This document shows positions 30,960 through 39,659 of a stretch of DNA of 64,000 nt, in pieces. The DNA comes from an uncultured virus (IMG/VR IMGVR_UViG_3300013132_000024) (taxonomy: Duplodnaviria; Heunggongvirae; Uroviricota; Caudoviricetes): IMG/VR virus record IMGVR_UViG_3300013132_000024, one strand, 5' to 3'. The number at the start of each line of letters is the position of its first letter. Position 1 is the stretch's first letter. The translations under genes and the position numbers were made by a program. The notes below the pieces were generated by a model, which was given only the letters and a program-made list of their open reading frames with translations, did no database searches and was not told the DNA's origin.

Positions 30960-31787
30960 TCATATTTCAATGTGTTGTAATCCTTTAAATTTTTTATAAG
31001 ATGATTCATTATAATACCCACGTTGATTAGCCAATATTCTACATTGACCAATAGTATAATCAAAATTACAATGTGTATGACCATGTACCCAATATTTAAT
31101 ACATGGATTGTCTAATATAAAATCTGATAAATCTGAAGCATAAGCTGGATCTAATCCATTAATAGAATGTAATTGATTTATTGATCTAAAAGAAGGACAC
31201 ATATGTGTAAATATGAATGTATTTTTTTTATGCCATTTAATTGTATCTTCAATATATTTCATACTTTTAATATGTTCATTATAAAACAAATCTGGGGTAG
31301 CCTTAACAGTAGTATAAGGACTAAATGGTCCTTTTTCAGCACCAATTAATACATAATCATTCATATGATTCCATGCTATTTGTTTATCCATAGGATTATT
31401 TTTATTATAATTGGTCCATAATGTACTACCAATAAACAACCAATCTTCTATTACTTTACAATTATTATCAAATAATTCAATAGGAAGTTCTAAATTTTGA
31501 AACGCTTCTTGTAAAGTATTAGCAGATTCTAAAAAATTATATCTATAATGTTCATGATTACCCATTATATAAAATACATATTTATATTTTGAACATAAAA
31601 CGGATATTCGTTTTTGAAAATAACGCTTAATTTTTCTTGCTTCTGAATCATTACTTTTTGTTTGCATATATTTCGCAGGAACAATATCTCCTGCAAATAT
31701 TAAAACATCTCCTCCTTCTTCTTTATCAAAAGAATAAAAATTGCTGTTAATTTCTAAATGAATATCAGATACGTAAGATATTTTCAT
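30960..31787 (-). CDS. Metallophosphoesterase
   Basis: SDIHLE, AGD, GNHEHY, HGHTH. Confidence 0.9.
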   Translation of the reverse strand: MKISYVSDIHLEINSNFYSFDKEEGGDVLIFAGDIVPAKYMQTKSNDSEARKIKRYFQKRISVLCSKYKYVFYIMGNHEHYRYNFLESANTLQEAFQNLELPIELFDNNCKVIEDWLFIGSTLWTNYNKNNPMDKQIAWNHMNDYVLIGAEKGPFSPYTTVKATPDLFYNEHIKSMKYIEDTIKWHKKNTFIFTHMCPSFRSINQLHSINGLDPAYASDLSDFILDNPCIKYWVHGHTHCNFDYTIGQCRILANQRGYYNESSYKKFKGLQHIEI

Positions 31788-32216
31788 AATCTACCTCTTA
31801 GTTTTAAATACAAATAAATCTAAACATATAACAATTAAAGATATAGTGAAAATTATAAGAAAATTATTAAGTATCGCACCAATATACCAAGTTAAATTAA
31901 CCAAAGTAGGATCATGCATTAAAATTTGTGATACATTATACAGATAGTATACATTTTGTCCTGTTAAAAACACAACAATGATAGTTAATAATATTATGAA
32001 CCAACTTAAAAATATATTCATCATAAATCCTTAATAAGTTTGTATACTTTTTCCCCTATTAGGAATGGAAAAACAATATATGATAACAACCATTTAATAT
32101 ACATAGTAATATCGTATATGTATATATTTATTATATAAATCAAAATGACAAAAAGAGTGATAGAAACAAGCCCTATCACCCAATAAAAAAACAAAAATAT
32201 TAAATTTTTCATAATT

Positions 32217-32291
32217 TGGTCTAGCACTGCGGAATCAAACCGCACTTGCATCCTTCCAAGGGACACCGATGACTCAGCCTCTTCGTGCCAG
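32217..32291 (-). tRNA. tRNA-Pro(UGG), atypical D arm
   Basis: CTGGCAC/GTGCTAG-A-CCA, loop CTTGGAA. Confidence 0.7.
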
Positions 32292-32589
32292 TTATTCGTT
32301 ACAAATTCGTATAGAACCCTGATATAATACACAATTTTGAAGGTTTAATCTATCAATATAATATCCTAATGACCAAAGTTTAGACACAGTATTTACATAT
32401 CCTATAACTACAGCATCTATTTCTAGCTGATCGTTATCCATATATTTATGTTTTTCATTTTCTCTTTTATTTGGACATGTTAATAATATTGTATTACCTG
32501 ATAACACTAAACAAGGATGAACAAATTTTCTTGTTTTTACCGTTTCTGGTATTGAAACCGATTTAATCATTGTATCCTCATAATAAAGT

Positions 32590-32681
32590 TGGTTGGCGTG
32601 TACAGATTCGAACTGTATCGAGAACCCTAATCTGGGGCTGAAAGGTTTATAAAACCTCCCTGTGTACCAACACCCACGCCA
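32590..32681 (-). tRNA. tRNA-Ile(UAU)-like with long variable arm
   Basis: TGGCGTG/CACGCCA-A-CCA, loop TTTATAA, T arm TACAG-TTCGAAT-CTGTA. Confidence 0.7.
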
Positions 32682-32686
32682 TTAAA

Positions 32687-32762
32687 TGGTACCCTGTGTA
32701 GGTTTTGCTCCCACTACCTCTGCCGTGTAAAAGCAGCGCTCTCCTAATTGAGCTAACAGGGC
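32687..32762 (-). tRNA. tRNA-Val(UAC)
   Basis: Cloverleaf, loop TTTACAC, CCA; atypical T loop. Confidence 0.85.
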
Positions 32763-33101
32763 TTATTTAAATTTTTCTAATTCTTTAGTCCTCGTATATT
32801 ATACCTTATTTTTAATAAGAATACTAATTCTTCTTATGCTTTTTTACCTCCATCAGATTCACGAAGAAGAATCATTTCTTTAGAATCTTTAATAATTCTT
32901 AATTTAAATCCATCATCTGATCTAGGAGATAATACCCAACTATCAATATCACCATCTTCAACGAAATATTTTAATTCTTGTTGTAATCCATTCCAGAAAT
33001 CTGGTCCATCAGGAAATTGACCTGGATACTCAACTATTAAATCGTCTATAATATTATGAAGATTGTTTACGATATCCATTAATATTCTCCTTTTATTATA
33101 T

Positions 33102-33179
33102 TGGTGCGGCAAGTGAGATTCGAACTCACAAGCATCTTTCGTTTTAAGCGAAAGTGGTCTACCAATTGCCTACTGCCGC
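33102..33179 (-). tRNA. tRNA-Leu(UAA), short variable region
   Basis: Loop CTTAAAA, GTTCGAATC, A-CCA. Confidence 0.9.
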
Positions 33180-33186
33180 TATTTTT

Positions 33187-33262
33187 TGGTGGTTGTGGTG
33201 AGACTCGAACTCACACTTGCTAGTTTCTAAGACTAGTGACTCTACCATTGGCCTACACAACC
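33187..33262 (-). tRNA. tRNA-Leu(UAG), short variable region
   Basis: Loop CTTAGAA, GTTCGAGTC, A-CCA. Confidence 0.9.
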
Positions 33263-33263
33263 T

Positions 33264-33339
33264 TGGTGCTTCTAGAAGGACTCGAACCTTCACTAAACTG
33301 GTTTTGAATCAGTTGACTCTACCGTTGGCCTATAGAAGC
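33264..33339 (-). tRNA. tRNA-Leu(CAA), short variable region
   Basis: Loop TTCAAAA, GTTCGAGTC, A-CCA. Confidence 0.9.
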
Positions 33340-33615
33340 GTATTAATCAAAAGTTCTATCTTCAAATGTTTTTGTAATCCAACCAGTATTTAATTCTTCG
33401 GCTATTTGTACATACGGTGGAGTATTATTATCTGTTTCTTCAGTTATAGGTAACTTAGATATATGATTTTTATACCATTCACGAGCTTCTTCAGAAACAA
33501 ACCACTTTATATTAGCTTCTGGATTTTTAGAATTTTCTATCTTAGAAAATGTGTATAACAACATTTGTTCTAATTTTTCTGTATATTCTTTTCTACGCAT
33601 ATATATCCTCGATAA

Positions 33616-33707
33616 TGGCGGAGTTCAGTGGTCTCGATCCACAATCCTATTTATAAGAACCAGTTCGCTTAGCAGGCGACTCCAACACCCTGATTGGTTT
33701 AAACTCC
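33616..33707 (-). tRNA. tRNA-Ser(GCU)
   Basis: Loop CTGCTAA, long variable arm, G73-CCA, T loop ATCGAGA. Confidence 0.8.
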
Positions 33708-33994
33708 TAAAAATCTTCGTCTTTTTTACATTTATCTAAAATGTTATCTATTTGTATTTTAACTTCTAAAAGTTTAGTTCTATCTATTAATCCAACAGGA
33801 ACTTCTAATTTATCTCTTTTACGAGAAAGAATGTCTACTATTACTTCTTGCGCTTTATTCATTCTCTTTGTTAAGAGAGTCAACTCAGATCTAAATACTG
33901 GCATATTAAATACCCAAAGACCAAATAAACAATGCACCTAATACTATGAACGCGAAAACTAAAATTAAGTCGCCCATATTATTTATCCTTGTAT

Positions 33995-34072
33995 TGGAAG
34001 ACCCGAAGGGAATCGAACCCTAGTTTGACGGTTTAAGAGACCGTTGTCGTCACCAGACTGACAATCGGGTCT
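33995..34072 (-). tRNA. tRNA-Lys(CUU)
   Basis: Loop CTCTTAA, GTTCGATTC, CCA. Confidence 0.85.
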
Positions 34073-34130
34073 AAAATTTATTTATTAAGTTTAATTCAAT
34101 ATTAAATAGTTCTATTTAATTCATTAAAAA

Positions 34131-34206
34131 TGGTGCCAATATCCGGCCTCGAACCGAATCCTATTCCTTACCAAAGAATTATGCTACCAGTGTACACTCT
34201 ATCGGC
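34131..34206 (-). tRNA. tRNA-Thr(GGU)
   Basis: Loop TTGGTAA, CCA. Confidence 0.85.
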
Positions 34207-34531
34207 AATTAAAAATGACTATTTGGATAATAATTATGATCGTTTTTACCAATTTTAAATATTCTCAAAATATTAATAATATTTTTCATAAATCACCAAG
34301 ATTTTATATCAGTTATATTTTGCATATGTTCATGCATATCTGTATCATTTCTTATTTTTAAAAAATCTGTTTGTCCCATGATTAAATGTTTCCATCCTAA
34401 TTCTCCTGGAATAGAAACTAAAACTATATTATCATTATTCTTTTTAGAAGTCAAATATAATTCTGTGATTTCTTTTTTAGTGAGAACAACAAATTTATGA
34501 TACATTACACTAATCCTATTTAGATTTAGAA

Positions 34532-34607
34532 TGGTGCTCCCTCTCTGAATCGAACAGAGTCCCCACGCTCTTCAGGCGTATGTACGCACCAGCTATACCA
34601 AGGGAGC
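34532..34607 (-). tRNA. tRNA-Phe(GAA)
   Basis: Loop CTGAAGA, CCA. Confidence 0.9.
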
Positions 34608-34611
34608 AATT

Positions 34612-34694
34612 TGGGGGATCGTGAGGGAATCGAACCCCTTATGCGTGGATTAAAAGCCCACTGTCGGCCCAGCCTGACTATACATTCACGATCC
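34612..34694 (-). tRNA. tRNA-Lys(UUU), atypical
   Basis: Loop CTTTTAA; 8-9 bp acceptor pairing and extra nucleotides before D arm. Confidence 0.75.
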
Positions 34695-35313
34695 AAATTT
34701 ATTAATCTTCAAAATTAGAAACAGGAGCTTCTATTCCCTTATATTTATCATTTTTTTCTTTCAGTTTTTGAGCCATTAATTTTTTTCTGGCTTTTAAAGC
34801 TCTAATTTCTTCAGTTCTCTTTTTCAACTCTTCATAATTCATTTGTATCTCTTAAGGATTATTCATATCATCAAAAAAGGTTTTTGTCCAACTAGTATCA
34901 ATAGGTTTTCTTTCTACATTATTATCTAATGCAATTTTATCTAATACCTCATTAAAAAATTTCATTGATCTTTGAGCTTTTAACATATCTTCTGTATCTA
35001 ATGATTTCGCCACTTTCTTTTTAGCAGATTTTAATTTTGGTTTGTTTTCATCTGTATCAGATAACAAATATCTGTCTAAAATCGGAAATGATACCTTGGT
35101 TGTTATAGATACTAATTCTATAATAGCTAATACACCTTGTACTTGTGGTATATCTTTAGCCATATTATAAAAATCGTCTACTGTTTTATTCCATTCTTCC
35201 TGAGTAGTTCCTCCTTCTATACATTTTATTATATCTTCGCCTATTGTTAGGAAATGAGGAATAAGTGATATTATATTTAACATTATACTATCCTTAAATT
35301 ATTAAGACTAATA

Positions 35314-35733
35314 CTATTTATCTTTACATGCTTCTTTTAATGCTTTTGCATCTTCTAAAGCATTATGTGGGATAGTAGAATATGTTGGCGGAGAATGTAT
35401 TAAATGAAATTTATATTCTCCTTTTAATCTTATACCCTCAGGTTTACATAATAATTCGAGAAAAAATGCTAAATCTTCTGGCCAATCTGCAACTATATCT
35501 GTTGCAGGAAATTCCAAATTTAATAACCAATCCCAAAGTTTTTTCTGTAAAATTTCTCTAGAAATTGGATCTTTATTTAAGTAAGGAATAACATTTTCTA
35601 ATACCCATGGATGACATTTTTTATCATCCCATTGTAACACTTCATAAAATTCATGTCCTATTTCTGACACAATTCCCAGGGAAATTAAATCTCCCTGGAA
35701 ACTTGTAAATTCTGTATCAATATACAGAATCAT
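35314..35733 (-). CDS. DEDDh 3'-5' exoribonuclease (Rv2179c/RNase AS-like)
   Basis: YIDTEF, LISLGIV, WV.ENVIP.L, ADWPED, HNALEDA. Confidence 0.85.
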   Translation of the reverse strand: MILYIDTEFTSFQGDLISLGIVSEIGHEFYEVLQWDDKKCHPWVLENVIPYLNKDPISREILQKKLWDWLLNLEFPATDIVADWPEDLAFFLELLCKPEGIRLKGEYKFHLIHSPPTYSTIPHNALEDAKALKEACKDK

Positions 35734-37184
35734 TATACTGTTAGTCCTTCTATATCATATCTATTTGATAATATTACATCTAACATTACGTTATATGGAC
35801 TATATCTTTCCATATCGCTCTTTAAAATAGACTTAAAGATAGAAGTAGAAAATCCAGACACAATAGCTGTATTACTATCGTGCATCTTTACCGGATTATT
35901 ATCCGATCTGCCATTAATTTGCCAGAAAACTACTGTTGGTAATACATATCCATATCTTTCGTACATTTCCTTAGCGTTGTTAAACATTGTTTGGTTTGGA
36001 TTCTTTATGCAAGAATTAAATTCCATATCAGACAATATTAACAATACTTTAGGCATATCTTCAGCAGATACCTTATTCTTTATAGCTACCTTAAGAATTT
36101 CTTCAAAAGCTGCTTCTACGTTTGTAGACATAGACCAATGTGATCTTTGCATTTGAGTTATTTTAGAAACTAAATCACCAGAAAGCTTTTGTATCTTAGG
36201 GTCATCTGAGAATGTCATAAACATTCCAGAGAAATCACCTGTTTGCTTATCTGCACAATATAAACCTACCGATAAAGCAATATCCATTGGAGTTACCTTT
36301 ATCTTAGGATCTATTGGTTTTTGACCATAATAACCCCAAGAAGTCATAGATGCAGATACATCTACTACTGGTAATATCTTATTATCACCTAAGTAATTTG
36401 GTAATGCTTCCCATTGAGCTAATGATACTTCTCTATCTCCATTATTCAGAGACTTAATAATATCATATGGATATACTGCTCCAACATTTACTTTACGTTC
36501 GGTTTTACCAGTTTCAGGATCAACTTTCTTTAATCCTTCTTTATATGCCTTATATGCATCACCACAATGGCGAGAAAATGCTTTTTGATAACGTGAGGAA
36601 GCTACAGATGGAACATGATCGAATACAATCTTATCCCATTCACGGGCACACATTTGCTGTTCTACTGTCTTAGACAAATTAGATAAGGTTTTACGATATC
36701 TCTTAGGTGTATATTCTAAAAATTTACGCAATTCTTCTGCTTTAACACCCTTACGTGGCATCCACTTAGCAGTTAAACCATTCCCGTCGTTTAGAGCATC
36801 TTTAATCATTCTGAATGCCTTCGCTTTTATTTTTGGCGAAGTAAATACCAATAAGTCATCCCAGCGGCCTAAGATAGGAATCATCGGTAATAACTTAATT
36901 GCATCATCTTCATAATGTTTTTCAATATGTTTTAATAAATTACGGAAGGTTTCACGTTCACCTGCACCGCCACGAATATCTCTAGTCCATAAAGCTACAC
37001 GATAAGCATGAGATTTATTTTCAGCCAAAGCTAAATCAAATTCATTCTTTAGATCAACTGCACGATTACCAGCAGCACTAAAAAAATCTAATACTCTAGA
37101 TTCGCTAGTTCTGTTAGTAACAGCCCCATTAAAAGTTTTTCCTATCAATTGATCATTCTTTACTGCATTAACAAACGCATTCAT
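35733..37184 (-). CDS. DUF2828-type Ro60/TROVE-like protein with C-terminal vWA domain
   Basis: N-terminal RDIRGGAGER, GRWDDL, AKWMPR, VEQQMC; MIDAS DVSASM...ST...LSDMEF, SGFS. Confidence 0.8.
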   Translation of the reverse strand: MNAFVNAVKNDQLIGKTFNGAVTNRTSESRVLDFFSAAGNRAVDLKNEFDLALAENKSHAYRVALWTRDIRGGAGERETFRNLLKHIEKHYEDDAIKLLPMIPILGRWDDLLVFTSPKIKAKAFRMIKDALNDGNGLTAKWMPRKGVKAEELRKFLEYTPKRYRKTLSNLSKTVEQQMCAREWDKIVFDHVPSVASSRYQKAFSRHCGDAYKAYKEGLKKVDPETGKTERKVNVGAVYPYDIIKSLNNGDREVSLAQWEALPNYLGDNKILPVVDVSASMTSWGYYGQKPIDPKIKVTPMDIALSVGLYCADKQTGDFSGMFMTFSDDPKIQKLSGDLVSKITQMQRSHWSMSTNVEAAFEEILKVAIKNKVSAEDMPKVLLILSDMEFNSCIKNPNQTMFNNAKEMYERYGYVLPTVVFWQINGRSDNNPVKMHDSNTAIVSGFSTSIFKSILKSDMERYSPYNVMLDVILSNRYDIEGLTV

Positions 37185-37199
37185 TTTAATATCTCCTTA

Positions 37200-37237
37200 C
37201 AGATTCATTGTTTAATAATATTGCTGTTTTTGAATCT
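37200..37237 (-). ncRNA. CAGCA-stem unit 7 (minimal), leader of Ro-like gene
   Basis: AGATTCA-AAAA-CAGCAA...TGAATCT-G directly followed by TAAGGAG RBS. Confidence 0.65.
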
Positions 37238-38177
37238 AAATCGGTGTATGGACTTTTTCTTTACCGTATCCAATTGTTCTTTTTACTTTATCTGGATTTT
37301 CTTGCATCCATTGTTGGACAAACCACAATTGTCCACAACCACCACCAATCGTATCCTGCCCCGCCGGATCGAATACTCTTACATTATAACCTTTACATAA
37401 AAGTTTGTTACCAAAATCAACTGCTAAATCTCTTTGATGTTGATTTGTAGCTTCAATACCTTCTGAACGTTCACATATTACAGATACTGTTGCACACCAT
37501 TTACCTGGGTCAAACAGTTTATATAATCTATTCACATCTTCATCGGACACATTATTATCATGTGTACAATAATTGAAATAAGGTTTTCTGCCTGTTGCAT
37601 AAAACCAATTGGTACCACAATCTGCAATTTGTTGCAAGTTTAATTTATTCTTAAATGGTATTAATTTATCTCTAGAATCATCAGTTGATTCATGAATCGA
37701 AAATTGTAACCCTATTTTAGAAATTCTTCTAGATATATCATATACAAGATTATAATCTATTTTAGGTGCTGATGTAGAAATTAATAATGCTGCATGAGGA
37801 TATGTGATATCTAAATCCTCAATAGCTACAATCAAGTTTTTTAAATTAAGCAATGGTTCACCCATTGACATAAACATAATTTGAAGTCTATTAATTTCTG
37901 ATGGTGAAACACCAGTATTTTTTAAGCAATGTTCTACTTGATCAACAATTTCTTCTGGTGTTAATGATCTTACAAAATAATCACCAGCACCACAAAATCT
38001 ACATCCAACAGGACATCCTGATTGTGTAGAACAACAAATTACTGTTCGTTCTGCATATGTCGGGTATCTATATAAAACTGCTTCTGCAACCGCATTATCT
38101 TTATTAAAGATAAATTTGGTTACATGTTCTTTTTGATCTTCAACCGTTTTTACGGATGTCCAAGAATTGTATAACAT
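37236..38177 (-). CDS. RlmN/Cfr-like radical SAM RNA methyltransferase
   Basis: CCSTQSGCPVGCRFC (CxxxCxxC), MSMGEP, SIH, GCGQL. Confidence 0.88.
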   Translation of the reverse strand: MLYNSWTSVKTVEDQKEHVTKFIFNKDNAVAEAVLYRYPTYAERTVICCSTQSGCPVGCRFCGAGDYFVRSLTPEEIVDQVEHCLKNTGVSPSEINRLQIMFMSMGEPLLNLKNLIVAIEDLDITYPHAALLISTSAPKIDYNLVYDISRRISKIGLQFSIHESTDDSRDKLIPFKNKLNLQQIADCGTNWFYATGRKPYFNYCTHDNNVSDEDVNRLYKLFDPGKWCATVSVICERSEGIEATNQHQRDLAVDFGNKLLCKGYNVRVFDPAGQDTIGGGCGQLWFVQQWMQENPDKVKRTIGYGKEKVHTPI

Positions 38178-38195
38178 TATAATCCTTTATAATAA

Positions 38196-38302
38196 CTGAA
38201 TAGTGGGGAAACTAGATTTCTCTAGCAGGCAACCTGCCCAACTCCCCATATGGCGGGGAGCCTTGGAATCGAACCAAGTATATATTTTGCTGTATCTATT
38301 CA
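38196..38302 (-). ncRNA. CAGCA-stem unit with circularly permuted tRNA module (YrlA-like architecture)
   Basis: TGAATAG-ATA-CAGCA...T arm CTTGG-TTCGATT-CCAAG, GCTCCCC-GCCA-TAT-GGGGAGT, hairpins...CTATTCA-G. Confidence 0.8.
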
Positions 38303-38315
38303 AAAAAAATGTAAA

Positions 38316-38537
38316 TTATTTTCCAAATAACGAAAACGATTTATTTCTTCTATCTAATTTAGGATTTTTATAATCTTTTCCTTTTGTTTTAGTTTTATTA
38401 TTACCAGATTTTGCCTTAGTCCATTGCATTTGTTGAAAATAATATTCAAAATATGTTCTTTCAGTGCTTTTACCAAAATTTTCGTTGTAAGCACCAGATC
38501 TAAGACCCCAAAATTCGTTTGATGAAATATTAATCAT
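38316..38537 (-). CDS. Small basic hypothetical protein within the ncRNA array
   Basis: 73 aa ORF between array units. Confidence 0.45.
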   Translation of the reverse strand: MINISSNEFWGLRSGAYNENFGKSTERTYFEYYFQQMQWTKAKSGNNKTKTKGKDYKNPKLDRRNKSFSLFGK

Positions 38538-38567
38538 ATTTTGTCTCTATATACAAAAATGTCATAA

Positions 38568-38668
38568 CTGAATACCTTTTTGTTGCTCTACCTTATGAGC
38601 TATATTTACTAGTTATGGAGGAAATACCAAGTACACACAATTTATGTGTTTGTTGCTGCAAGTATTCA
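38568..38668 (-). ncRNA. CAGCA-stem unit with tRNA D arm
   Basis: TGAATAC-TTG-CAGCA...TAGCTCATAAGGTAGAGC...GTATTCA-G. Confidence 0.75.
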
Positions 38669-38685
38669 AAACTAACAGTATATTA

Positions 38686-38780
38686 CTGGATAGCTGCCTA
38701 CTTTTTTATTACCGTGAGAAATCGAAACTTACGTGGCTTGCATACACTGCAAATATTATTTATTCTGCTGTATCTATCCA
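38686..38780 (-). ncRNA. CAGCA-stem unit with T-loop-like hairpin
   Basis: TGGATAG-ATA-CAGCA...CGTAAG-TTTCGATTT-CTCACG...CTATCCA-G. Confidence 0.75.
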
Positions 38781-38870
38781 AAAGTTTTTGTTAACATTAA
38801 TATTATTAAAAACATCAATATTGTTAACACTAATACAATTTTATCCAACCATTTAGGGTTGTTCATATTA

Positions 38871-38960
38871 CAGAAACCTTTTGACGGAATCGAACCGTTC
38901 TTCCTGTATTAAAACAAGTGCTCTACCATTGAGCTATTTTTATTTTGCTGTAAGGTTTCT
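38871..38960 (-). ncRNA. CAGCA-stem unit with D arm, anticodon-like arm and T arm
   Basis: AGAAACC-TTA-CAGCA...TAGCTCAATGGTAGAGC...ACGG-TTCGATT-CCGT...GGTTTCT-G; no acceptor/CCA. Confidence 0.8.
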
Positions 38961-38974
38961 TTATCTAAAGTTAA

Positions 38975-39040
38975 CTGTATGGTTTTTGTCGATCAAGACA
39001 TAATGGAAGTTATGATCTATTTTTTTGCTGAACCCATACA
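38975..39040 (-). ncRNA. CAGCA-stem unit
   Basis: TGTATGG-GTT-CAGCA...CCATACA-G. Confidence 0.75.
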
Positions 39041-39047
39041 AAAATAT

Positions 39048-39108
39048 CAGGATGCTTTTACTTGCTCGTTTGATACAACGAATGTAAATTGTTTGCTGAA
39101 TGCATCCT
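39048..39108 (-). ncRNA. CAGCA-stem unit
   Basis: AGGATGC-ATT-CAGCA...TTCGTTG-TAT-CAAACGAG...GCATCCT-G. Confidence 0.75.
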
Positions 39109-39509
39109 TAATTATTCCAGAAGTTCTCGTTTATAAAATTATCAAATAAACAATTGATATACATAACAATAAACTGAAATTAACTACTAATCCTACCTTA
39201 TATCTACTAGGATATTTCATCATTTCTGATATATTTCGTATCGTTACCGAACATAATAGAAATGATCTTAACATCAGTAGTAGTGTTACAAGGTTTTTAT
39301 CCATCATTTAAACTCTCGAGCCTTGATTATATACTCGTTTCTTTTACCAGAAGGATAAGACCAGTCAAATTCTATCGCATAGCCTCTTATTATACAACCA
39401 TAATTCGTTATAGCTTCTATATAAACATTCGATTTAAACGGCCCCCAATTCTTTTTATTTTTTCTTAGGATCCATTCCATCAAGAATCTCCAAGTAGCTA
39501 TTATAGAGT

Positions 39510-39538
39510 ATAATACTTTCTAATAATTAGGAAGTAAA
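39510..39538 (-). promoter_or_regulatory. Early promoter upstream of the ncRNA array/Ro-like operon
   Basis: AAAAGAAC-TTTACT-N17-TATTAT. Confidence 0.7.
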
Positions 39539-39577
39539 GTTCTTTTTTTGGTATATTCAACCGAATTAACTTGTAAT

Positions 39578-39652
39578 TGGCAGGGGTAGCCAGAATTGAA
39601 CTGACATCTCTGGGTCCAAAGCCCAGCGTAATAGCCATTATACAATACCCCA
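39578..39652 (-). tRNA. tRNA-Gln(UUG)
   Basis: Loop CTTTGGA, G-CCA. Confidence 0.88.
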
Positions 39653-39659
39653 AAACAGC

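Noticed and set aside
32021..32332. 103 aa ORF as given
   Set aside because: 5' part overlaps tRNA-Pro; real start is probably the Met at about 32212
33102..33262. Stop-codon suppressors / genetic code reassignment
   Set aside because: UAA and UAG are anticodons reading Leu codons; core genes are intact in the standard code
38196..39108. CRISPR array
   Set aside because: Units are not identical direct repeats; conservation is structural, lengths vary widely and there is no cas operon
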